Below are positions 6,117-13,277 of a DNA stretch of 32,000 bases, in pieces (the stretch's first letter is position 1; each line of letters starts with the position of its first letter). The notes beneath the pieces were generated by a model, which searched no databases, was not told where the DNA came from, and saw only the letters and a program-made list of their open reading frames with translations. The stretch covers positions 14,168-46,167 of the forward strand of contig LYOS01000005.1 in the NCBI GenBank assembly GCA_001766815.1, given 5' to 3'. A program made the position numbers and the translations under genes. This DNA is from Candidatus Syntropharchaeum caldarium (lineage in GTDB: Archaea; Halobacteriota; Syntropharchaeia; Syntropharchaeales; Syntropharchaeaceae).

Positions 6117-6175
6117 CCCTGTAGGATGTGGGCTTTTGGAAAGCCTGTGGTGTGTGAGGCGTACTTTACGCCTCA
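6117..6175. repeat. Cassette-punctuating repeat, copy R6 (short)
   Basis: ccctgtaggatgtgggcttttggaaagcct (first hairpin in inverted orientation, gg loop) plus tgaggcgtactttacgcctca. The last hairpin contains the stop codon of the PIN pseudogene. Confidence 0.75.
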
Positions 6176-6669
6176 TAATGGCTTCCACACCTTAATCCAG
6201 TCAACCCGCTCAAAATCGCTGTCGTTTGTGGCGATGTTTGTTAGTCCATACTTTTCCATCGTTGCAAGATGCATGGCATCGTTTGGCAGCAAATTGTATT
6301 TCTCCATCAGCATCGTTACTTCCACACATTCGAATCCAATGAAAGAGATATTCAGGTCGAGTTCATCAAACAACATCGTCACTGCATCAAAATCTACCAG
6401 TTCAATCAAGCTGGGATCTCTCTTTATCTCTCTTGCAACTCTATAGGGTGCGATTCCTCTTAATCTGAGTAATTCAGATTTTAGAAAATTCAGTAAAACC
6501 TCTGAGATTATGATGTCGTTAACGTATCCTCTCTATTCTTTTCTCTCAACTTGCCTAAGAAAGTCTCTACATGATTCTCCAAAAATCTCATGTCCTGAAA
6601 AAGGTGATATGTAAATATATTAGAATCTATGAATATCTCTAAGCCTCTTGATAAAGCGCTGCGCGTCAT
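6173..6669 (-). pseudogene. vapC: PIN-domain toxin interrupted by a frameshift
   Basis: The ATG at 6669 overlaps the antitoxin stop (TGATG) and gives MTRSALSRGLEIFIDSNIFTYHLFQD...REKNREDTLTTS*. The remaining PIN motifs (IIISEV, LLPNDAMHLA, ATNDSDF) continue in another frame from about 6530 to the stop at 6173. Confidence 0.75.
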
Positions 6670-6860
6670 CACTCTCCGTTTTCTGTGGACTCTATTATTT
6701 CATCGATCTGTTCATTGCTCAACTTTGACACAGCATAAGTATTATCTACAGCACTGATGGGGATTCCGATCTCGATCACATCCCCCTCTTTCAAGCCCAA
6801 TTTCTTAAGTAGCTTCAAAACCTCGTCCTTGTATACTGCTTTTATTCGCATTTGCGTCAC
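6669..6860 (-). CDS. DUF104 (AF2212-like) antitoxin
   Basis: MRIKAVYKDEVLKLLKKLGLKEGDVIEIGI. Likely ATG at 6851 (track GTG at 6860). Confidence 0.75.
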   Translation of the reverse strand: MTQMRIKAVYKDEVLKLLKKLGLKEGDVIEIGIPISAVDNTYAVSKLSNEQIDEIIESTENGE

Positions 6861-6880
6861 TGATAGTTAGTTAATCTTTG

Positions 6881-6891
6881 AACTTAAAAAC
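6881..6891 (-). promoter_or_regulatory. TATA-like box (aacttaaaaac)
   Basis: About 36 nt upstream of the ATG at 6851. The same 11-mer occurs at 54-64. Confidence 0.35.
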
Positions 6892-6902
6892 TTGCCGTTC
6901 AT

Positions 6903-7099
6903 ACCCACCTCTCCTTCCACACTGTCACCCCAACGCACACGCACCCAACCCCATTCTCTGCAGGCTTTTCCAAAAGCCCATCCTGCAAAAAGCCCATCTG
7001 TGATAGGGCTATTCAGCCTTCGGCTGGATATTTTCGATCTTTGATCGGAATTGTCCTATCGAAGATGGGCTTTTGGGTGCAGGCTTTGAAAAGCCTGCG
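6903..7099. repeat. Cassette-punctuating repeat, copy R7 (C-rich box A3 plus an inverted-repeat-bounded variant)
   Basis: Box at 6903-6956. 6959-6998 (gcaggcttttccaaaagcccatcctgcaaaaagcccatc) is an imperfect inverted repeat of 7064-7098, and the two arms flank the cagccttcggctg hairpin. Confidence 0.8.
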
Positions 7100-7331
7100 T
7101 TCGATTAAATAGAAGACGCAATCAAACTGAACGAGCGATGCGAACCGCATATCCGCCTGCTATGCAGTCTGAACGATAGCGAAAGTGCAACGTGGTAACA
7201 GGGATATCAACATGTTTTAGGGCGAAGCTTCTCTCAAATCCCCTTTTTGATATTCCAGCGGAGTAAAGTGTCGAAGGTGGGCACGCATCCCAATCTTCAC
7301 GTCTTTTTCCTCAACTGCCACTTCCAATAAT

Positions 7332-7859
7332 TCATAGAACGTATGTATAAGCCCTCATAAGCTGGCTATAGTGAAATGGACTGGATGGGTTTTTACTGTC
7401 GTAATATTGCAAATTCTTAGCATAACCATCATGTATTTTTCCAATCGGATCTCCAGGCTTCACACCAAGCTTAAAATAGGCTCTTATGAGATTTTTATCC
7501 CTCCAAATCCAGGCTATCTCAAAGAATTTCATTACATTGCCATAGGCGCGCTCAATCTTTACAAGCTTTTTAGGATCTTTTGAATAACGCTTTTTACGCT
7601 CCGTATATGCATCCTCAACCTCGTCCTCAGTTGCCCCTTCTTTCAATCCCAGTATATTAAGAGAAGTAGTAAACATCTTAATTTCGTTTGTTCTTGCTTG
7701 AAAATTACAACGAGGGCACTTATGAAAGGCAAAAGGACCGTTTGGATCTTGATTTCCAATCGGGCTTGGTGACATGATGGCAGCACACGCTGGACATCGC
7801 ATATCACTAAACCTTCCTGGCATATTGAGACTTGTCAGATCATTACCTCCTGGTATCAT
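7332..7859 (-). CDS. Zinc-ribbon protein with two degenerate J-domain-like repeats
   Basis: 175 aa. CPAC...CPRC, then ILGLKEGATEDEVEDAYTERKKRYSKDPKKLVKIERAY and YFKLGVKPGDPIGKIHDGYAKNLQYYDSKNP...LMRAY. The layout is J-helix II/III-like but there is no HPD. Confidence 0.55.
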   Translation of the reverse strand: MIPGGNDLTSLNMPGRFSDMRCPACAAIMSPSPIGNQDPNGPFAFHKCPRCNFQARTNEIKMFTTSLNILGLKEGATEDEVEDAYTERKKRYSKDPKKLVKIERAYGNVMKFFEIAWIWRDKNLIRAYFKLGVKPGDPIGKIHDGYAKNLQYYDSKNPSSPFHYSQLMRAYTYVL

Positions 7860-7986
7860 TCAGGTATTCACGTATCTTCTTTTCTATTTTTTCCTCAAAT
7901 TTATCTATATCGGCCATCAATTCTTTCACAAAACGATAACATTCTTCATGATATGCTAAGTTAGTTAGTGGTGAAACAGTTGCCAT
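7843..7986 (-). CDS. Small 47-aa helical ORF
   Basis: Hand translation gives MATVSPLTNLAYHEECYRFVKELMADIDKFEEKIEKKIREYLNDTRR. ggaggt lies immediately upstream, and the ORF overlaps the start of the 175-aa ORF by 17 nt. Confidence 0.35.
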   Translation of the reverse strand: MATVSPLTNLAYHEECYRFVKELMADIDKFEEKIEKKIREYLNDTRR

Positions 7987-8035
7987 ACCTCCGTCTTCAA
8001 GAGATTTATGGCAAAAAGAACATTTTGAGCGATCA

Positions 8036-8188
8036 CTATATTGTTTTTGTTAAATTACATCGATTACAAACATATTTTATATGCCTGAGCTTTCCATCCA
8101 CGGTACGAGCTTCCATTGAATTTCCGCACTTCTCACAAAGAACATCATGCCGAAGTATATCCTTTATCTCTTCAATTGCAGAAGGCAC
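8036..8188 (-). CDS. Small 50-aa zinc-ribbon ORF
   Basis: GTG start. (M)PSAIEEIKDILRHDVLCEKCGNSMEARTVDGKLRHIKYVCNRCNLTKTI, with CxxC...CxxC. Lies directly downstream of purM. Confidence 0.35.
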   Translation of the reverse strand: MPSAIEEIKDILRHDVLCEKCGNSMEARTVDGKLRHIKYVCNRCNLTKTI

Positions 8189-8238
8189 TTATATCATCCC
8201 CGTTTCAATTTGATTACGTCGTCTATTTTTCTGGACTT

Positions 8239-9198
8239 TTACCCCCTCACCCTCCCCACAACCTCTCCCCCAAGTATCCCACATGCTTTTCTGGCATCAG
8301 CCTCATCAACCACCGCAAGAAATCCCATGCCCATATTGAATGTGCGATACATCTCATCATCCTCGATTCTGCCTATCTCCTGCAGAAATTTGAAGATCGG
8401 TTGTGGTGGTAATGGATCTGTGATCTCAAATTCAAGATCCGTGAGTCTTTTGAGCTTCAGAAGCCCTGATCCTGTGATATGCGCAAGTCCATGAACATCA
8501 CATGCCTTGATCAGATCCACAACCTCGATATAGATCTTTGTTGGGATCAAAAGTTCCTCTCCTATTGTCTTCGATGGATCGGGTGGGAATGGATCGTTGT
8601 ATGAATATCCTGCATCTTCAATGACCTTCCTTGCAAGTGTTAAGCCATTTGAGTGGATGCCTGATGATGGAACACCGATTATAGCATCTCCCTTCTCGAT
8701 TCGATCACCTGTTATGATTTTTTCTTTTCCCTGGATCACGCCGAGCGCACTTCCTGCAAGATCCATGCCATTTATGATCTCAGGAAGCGTTGCGGTCTCG
8801 CCTCCAACAATCGAGATATTGGAGAGCCTCGCGCCCTCATTCAGACCCTTACCAATCTCTGCTGCGATATTTTCATCCCCACGTTCCATAGCCAGGTAAT
8901 CGACAAAAGCAAGTGGTTCAGCCCCAACTGCAAGAAGATCGTTCACATTCATCGCTATGCAGTCAATACCGATTGTATCCCACTTTCCAAGCTCTTCTGC
9001 AACGAGGATCTTTGATCCAACGCCGTCTGTTGTGAAGGCAAGTATCAAACTTCCAAGATCGATCAATCCTGCATAATGTCCGATATCACCGATCGGCCCA
9101 CCAAATCCACGACGCCTGTATGTAATATGTGATGATAAAGACCTTATAATCTCGTTTTCCTTAAATATATCAACGCCAGCATCCCTGTATGTAGCCAT
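8239..9198 (-). CDS. purM: Phosphoribosylformylglycinamidine cyclo-ligase (AIR synthetase)
   Basis: 319 aa. [30 protein letters not shown] and [10 protein letters not shown] are PurM signatures. Confidence 0.95.
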   Translation of the reverse strand: MATYRDAGVDIFKENEIIRSLSSHITYRRRGFGGPIGDIGHYAGLIDLGSLILAFTTDGVGSKILVAEELGKWDTIGIDCIAMNVNDLLAVGAEPLAFVDYLAMERGDENIAAEIGKGLNEGARLSNISIVGGETATLPEIINGMDLAGSALGVIQGKEKIITGDRIEKGDAIIGVPSSGIHSNGLTLARKVIEDAGYSYNDPFPPDPSKTIGEELLIPTKIYIEVVDLIKACDVHGLAHITGSGLLKLKRLTDLEFEITDPLPPQPIFKFLQEIGRIEDDEMYRTFNMGMGFLAVVDEADARKACGILGGEVVGRVRG

Positions 9199-9263
9199 GC
9201 AAGAAGAATGATGTTGCTCTTAGTTCATAAATCTACCCTGATTCCTTGCGTGCGTGACAAACC

Positions 9264-9271
9264 TTTTTATA
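9264..9271 (+). promoter_or_regulatory. TATA box (tttttata)
   Basis: Centred about 26 nt upstream of the ATG at 9294, which would imply a leaderless or nearly leaderless mRNA. Confidence 0.4.
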
Positions 9272-9293
9272 CTCAATTTTGCAATAATCAAAC

Positions 9294-10451
9294 ATGAAAA
9301 ATGAGTGCGACATCCTGGTTATAGGGGCGGGATTTGCAGGCCTGAGTGCAGCGATCTCTGCTTCAAGGGCTGGAGCAAAAACACTTATAGTTGCTCCTTC
9401 ACTTGCAAAGACGATACCAGGTGGTGAAGTGGGGCTTGATCTCCTGGGAATAGGACCAAAGACCGCTGCTGCGTTCAAGGAGGTTACAGGATCTTTTCCA
9501 CCGTATTACATCGAGACCTATGGTTTTAAATATATCTCACCCGAGGGAAAGACATTTACAGACAGATCGGAAGAGGTGAGAGGCTGGACGTTGATGACAA
9601 CAGAAGCTACAGAGATCCTCTTCAAAAAAGCGATCGTTGAGGGCAGCGATTACATAAATGCATCTGTTATCGATTTCATCATAAATAGCGGCAGCGTTGA
9701 TGGTGTGATACTCGATGATGGTAGATCGATCCAGTCAAAAGTCGTGATATGTGCATGCGGTTATAATCCACAGCTCATCCAGAAACTCGGGGTGGCACCG
9801 CCCAAAGACTCACTCTTTGCTCTGCAGACCCTCCTTGACATGAAGAAAGAAGGAGATGAACATCTGCTCTTTACATTCTTCTGCGGAAAGCGATGGTCCA
9901 ACAGTCTCGGCGGATTTTTGATGCCCGTGAGCAAAAAGAGGGCAGTTCTGGCGATTGGTGTAAAGTCACGTGGAGATGCACACAGCTATCTTCTGAGGGT
10001 AATCAGAGAACACCCCGTAATATCCAGGCAGGTTGAATGGAATCCAGGCAGGATGCATGGAGGCGTAATCTCACTCGGTCTTGCAGAGAGAAGCTATGGT
10101 AACGGTTTTCTCCTTGCAGGAGATGCGGCAGGGCACTTTAGGCCGATAGGTGGTGTTGGGTCAGGAAACGCTCTTCTATTTGGTCGTATGGCTGGAACGA
10201 TCGCGGCAGAAGCCGTGCACGAGGATGACGTCTCCAGTAATCGACTAAAAGCCTTTGAAGAGGCGTGGATGGCAACTCTAGAGGGTCAGTCACTCATACA
10301 GATGTTTCCATATTCAGAGATCATGAGAAATGCGGATGACAGGGTGCTTGAGGACGCCTTTTCGGGCTTTGAAGGTAGAAAGATCTCAAAGACATTCTAT
10401 CTGGAACTTATTGCGGCAATTTCTGGAGAATCAAAAATAAAAGAAGGGTGA
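9294..10451 (+). CDS. FAD-dependent oxidoreductase, geranylgeranyl reductase family
   Basis: 385 aa. N-terminal DILVIGAGFAGLSAA Rossmann motif and C-terminal LAGDAAGH motif. Confidence 0.8.
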   Translation: MKNECDILVIGAGFAGLSAAISASRAGAKTLIVAPSLAKTIPGGEVGLDLLGIGPKTAAAFKEVTGSFPPYYIETYGFKYISPEGKTFTDRSEEVRGWTLMTTEATEILFKKAIVEGSDYINASVIDFIINSGSVDGVILDDGRSIQSKVVICACGYNPQLIQKLGVAPPKDSLFALQTLLDMKKEGDEHLLFTFFCGKRWSNSLGGFLMPVSKKRAVLAIGVKSRGDAHSYLLRVIREHPVISRQVEWNPGRMHGGVISLGLAERSYGNGFLLAGDAAGHFRPIGGVGSGNALLFGRMAGTIAAEAVHEDDVSSNRLKAFEEAWMATLEGQSLIQMFPYSEIMRNADDRVLEDAFSGFEGRKISKTFYLELIAAISGESKIKEG

Positions 10452-10456
10452 CCGAA

Positions 10457-12445
10457 TCATATTCGGCCAAGTTTCCTGAGCATCTCGGCGGTCTCAGGGA
10501 AGAGATCAAGGTTCTTGTTCGGTAGATACATCGACTCAGGATAGAGCTTCATGTAGTCGGGATGTATCGCAGCTTCGATGAACTTACACTCTTCTGAGAA
10601 CCTGTCCGCCATCTTCCGCTCTGCTCTTGAGACAAGTGCCTTTCTGACACCTGTTCCTGCAGCGTTCCCGATACCTTCGATCTTATCGAGTGGGAACTCA
10701 GGGAACATACCCATTGTACGGGCAGACTCTGGATCGATGAAGTTTCCGAATGCACCAGCGATGACAAGCTTATCGATCGTCTCCACGGTCTGACCCATCT
10801 CACGCATCAGTAGATATGCGCCACAGAACATAGCTCCCTTTGCAAGCGTCAGTTCTCTTATATCTGCCTGTTCGATCACGATATCCTTCCCGATCGCGGT
10901 CTCTTCTGCTGGAACGATCACATACTCCAGGCCTCGTGGACCTTCCCGCATCCTCGGATCGACTCCCAGTAACTCTCTGTTCATCTGCCCGGATGGGAGT
11001 ATTATACCAGCCTTCAAAAATTCTGCTGGAACATCACAGAGCCCGGATCCACATATACCGATCGCTTTTGTCTCCACTTTTCTGAACTTTGAACAGGATC
11101 GGATAGCGCCTGATGTGATCCCTTCGATGAGTTTGTATTCGACTTCTCTTGTCTCGGGATCGATTCTGATCTTCTCAACCGCACCATTTGACGCCCGCAT
11201 ACCGCACCTGATCATCATACCCTCAAATGCAGGACCTGAAGCACATGATACACACATGCATCCATCCTTGTTTCCAAGCGTCATCTCGGTGTTTGTACCG
11301 ATATCAAGCTCGAGGATCATCTCATCGTTGTTTAAGAAGTCAACCGCAAGCTGGGCTGCAATCTGGTCTGCACCCACAAAGCCCCGTATGATCGGGAGTG
11401 AATAGGTAGATCCATTGGGGTGCATCTTCAAACCGAGTTTTGCAGAGGGCGCTCTCAATGATTTTCTCACTGCTGCGGGGTATGGTGCAAAGGTCACAAA
11501 CTTGGGCCATACGCCGAGGAGTAGATGATGCATCGCTGTATTTCCGACAACCACTGCTTCATATACTTCATCATGTCGAATACCGGTAAGCTCGCAGATC
11601 TCATCGAGCATGTCATTCAATCCACTTATGACGGCCGACTGCACTGTCTTGAGATTTTCCATCCCCTTCTTTGCATATGTAATCCTTGATAAGACATCCT
11701 CACCATAGGGAATCTGGGGGTTCATCCTCGACGAAACGCCCACGACTTTCCCTGTGTTGAGATCCATCAGGAAACCTGCAAGTTTTGTCGATCCAACATC
11801 AACCGCAAATCCATAGCATCGATCAGTGGTATCACCTGGCTCAACCGCCAGCACCTTGTTATCGTCGATGGTTACAACGGTAATATCAAAGTCCTTCTTC
11901 TTACCACCCACCTCTCGCATCACGATTGGTAGATATGTCAGAACTTCATAGGGTATCTCAAGATCGATTCCATATTGCTTCTTGAACTCTTCAAGGAGTC
12001 TTGTTTGATCTGCACGATCATCATGCAGCGTTGCTTTCGGTAGTACGATATGATACTTGCGGATCGCTGGGTCGATGACAAAGTCCTCTGGCAGCTCAAG
12101 TCCCTCTGTCTGAAGCCGCTGTGCCCCGAGCCTGCTGGATTCAGGTACCTTGAGCACAAGCCTACCTTCTTTGGGCATCTCAATACAGCAGAGTAGTCTG
12201 ACTCCCTCTCGTTTTTCATCATCAGAGAGGAGTGCCGCTTCGGAGGGCTGCATATCATCAAGTAGCTCAAGTCCATCTTCCACAACGACCTTACACTTTC
12301 CACACTCACGTGCTCCACCGCAGATCGTAGCGATGTCCACACCGAGCTTCATCGCAACCTCAAAGAGGTTTGTACCAGGCTCAAATGTGCCTCGCAACCC
12401 CGATGGGAAGAAGACAACGTTGTAATCAGTTACGTGTCCTGCCAC
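10457..12445 (-). CDS. ATP-dependent reductive activator of corrinoid proteins (RACo/COG3894, ASKHA fold) with an N-terminal [2Fe-2S] ferredoxin domain
   Basis: 662 aa. CGGARECGKCKV...LLCC plant-type ferredoxin pattern, then the ASKHA phosphate motifs FAVDVGSTK and LDIGTNTE. Confidence 0.8.
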   Translation of the reverse strand: MAGHVTDYNVVFFPSGLRGTFEPGTNLFEVAMKLGVDIATICGGARECGKCKVVVEDGLELLDDMQPSEAALLSDDEKREGVRLLCCIEMPKEGRLVLKVPESSRLGAQRLQTEGLELPEDFVIDPAIRKYHIVLPKATLHDDRADQTRLLEEFKKQYGIDLEIPYEVLTYLPIVMREVGGKKKDFDITVVTIDDNKVLAVEPGDTTDRCYGFAVDVGSTKLAGFLMDLNTGKVVGVSSRMNPQIPYGEDVLSRITYAKKGMENLKTVQSAVISGLNDMLDEICELTGIRHDEVYEAVVVGNTAMHHLLLGVWPKFVTFAPYPAAVRKSLRAPSAKLGLKMHPNGSTYSLPIIRGFVGADQIAAQLAVDFLNNDEMILELDIGTNTEMTLGNKDGCMCVSCASGPAFEGMMIRCGMRASNGAVEKIRIDPETREVEYKLIEGITSGAIRSCSKFRKVETKAIGICGSGLCDVPAEFLKAGIILPSGQMNRELLGVDPRMREGPRGLEYVIVPAEETAIGKDIVIEQADIRELTLAKGAMFCGAYLLMREMGQTVETIDKLVIAGAFGNFIDPESARTMGMFPEFPLDKIEGIGNAAGTGVRKALVSRAERKMADRFSEECKFIEAAIHPDYMKLYPESMYLPNKNLDLFPETAEMLRKLGRI

Positions 12446-12504
12446 CTATATACCTCCTGTAACCTTCAATTGATTGTAATTAAAAGAAAAAGAAAAAAGA
12501 GAGT

Positions 12505-13203
12505 TCACTCAACCCTCTTATCGAGTTCCGCCATCGCCATCTTAATCTCTTGGACCATACGCTTTATCGCATCAACTCCCTCGACCGCGTCTGCTGCATA
12601 ACCGTCTGCACCGATCTCTTCAGCAAACTCATCTGAGGTTGCACCACCGCCGATGATCGTCTTGACCTTGTCCCTCAGACCCTCATCTTCGAGATCCTCG
12701 TGGAGTTCTTCCATAACCTCGAGTGTTGGAGTCATGAGTGTACTTGCAGCGATAACATCAGCACCAACTTCCTTTGCCTTCTTTATGAACTCTTCTGCAG
12801 GAACATCTCGTCCAAGATCATAGACCTCAAATCCAGCAGCCTCAAGAAGTGATGCGGTGATAGTCTTACCGATGTCGTGAATATCTCCCTCAACAACACC
12901 GATTACGACTTTACCGATAGTCTCGCCACCTGATGCCGCCATCTCTTCTTTGATTCTTGGCATCACAATCTCCATCGCGGCATCCATTACGTCAACACAC
13001 ATCAGCATCTCTGGGACAAAGTATTCGCCCGCCTCGTATTTGTCACCTGCAATTGTCATACCCTCACCAAGACCAAGTCTGAGTATATCAAGTGGGGTTG
13101 CTATACCTTCATCGATATGCTCTTTGATGAGGTTGACACATGTTTCTTTATCTCCTACAACAAGCGCATTCTTTACAGCTTCAAGGAATTCTTCTCTATC
13201 CAT
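12505..13203 (-). CDS. Methyltransferase cognate corrinoid protein (B12-binding)
   Basis: 232 aa. Helical cap domain followed by GDIHDIGK (DxHxxG), STLMT and IGGGA. Confidence 0.9.
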   Translation of the reverse strand: MDREEFLEAVKNALVVGDKETCVNLIKEHIDEGIATPLDILRLGLGEGMTIAGDKYEAGEYFVPEMLMCVDVMDAAMEIVMPRIKEEMAASGGETIGKVVIGVVEGDIHDIGKTITASLLEAAGFEVYDLGRDVPAEEFIKKAKEVGADVIAASTLMTPTLEVMEELHEDLEDEGLRDKVKTIIGGGATSDEFAEEIGADGYAADAVEGVDAIKRMVQEIKMAMAELDKRVE

Positions 13204-13277
13204 ATAACATCACCTTCTAATTCTATCGACATTACTATTTTTGTATCCACAATTCAATCTTGTACTTATAAATTTAT

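Noticed and set aside
179-7099. CRISPR array
   Set aside because: The repeats are 60-290 bp, modular and variable, and the 'spacers' are complete TA gene pairs of 0.6-1.6 kb. No cas genes are present and there are no short, regularly spaced direct repeats.
7217-7327. 36-codon minus-strand ORF (TTG start) ending ...GMRAHLRHFTPLEYQKGDLREASP, faintly reminiscent of the C-terminal ..TP.EY.. motif of rve-type transposases/integrases
   Set aside because: It is far too short and the motif is too degenerate to support a call. There is no upstream DDE-domain remnant, since the 175-aa gene abuts it. It is worth a blastx check only.
9233-9478. 81-aa minus-strand ORF overlapping the start of the FAD oxidoreductase
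   Set aside because: It is antisense to the Rossmann-fold N-terminus of a strongly supported gene and has a low-complexity Ala/Pro-rich translation.
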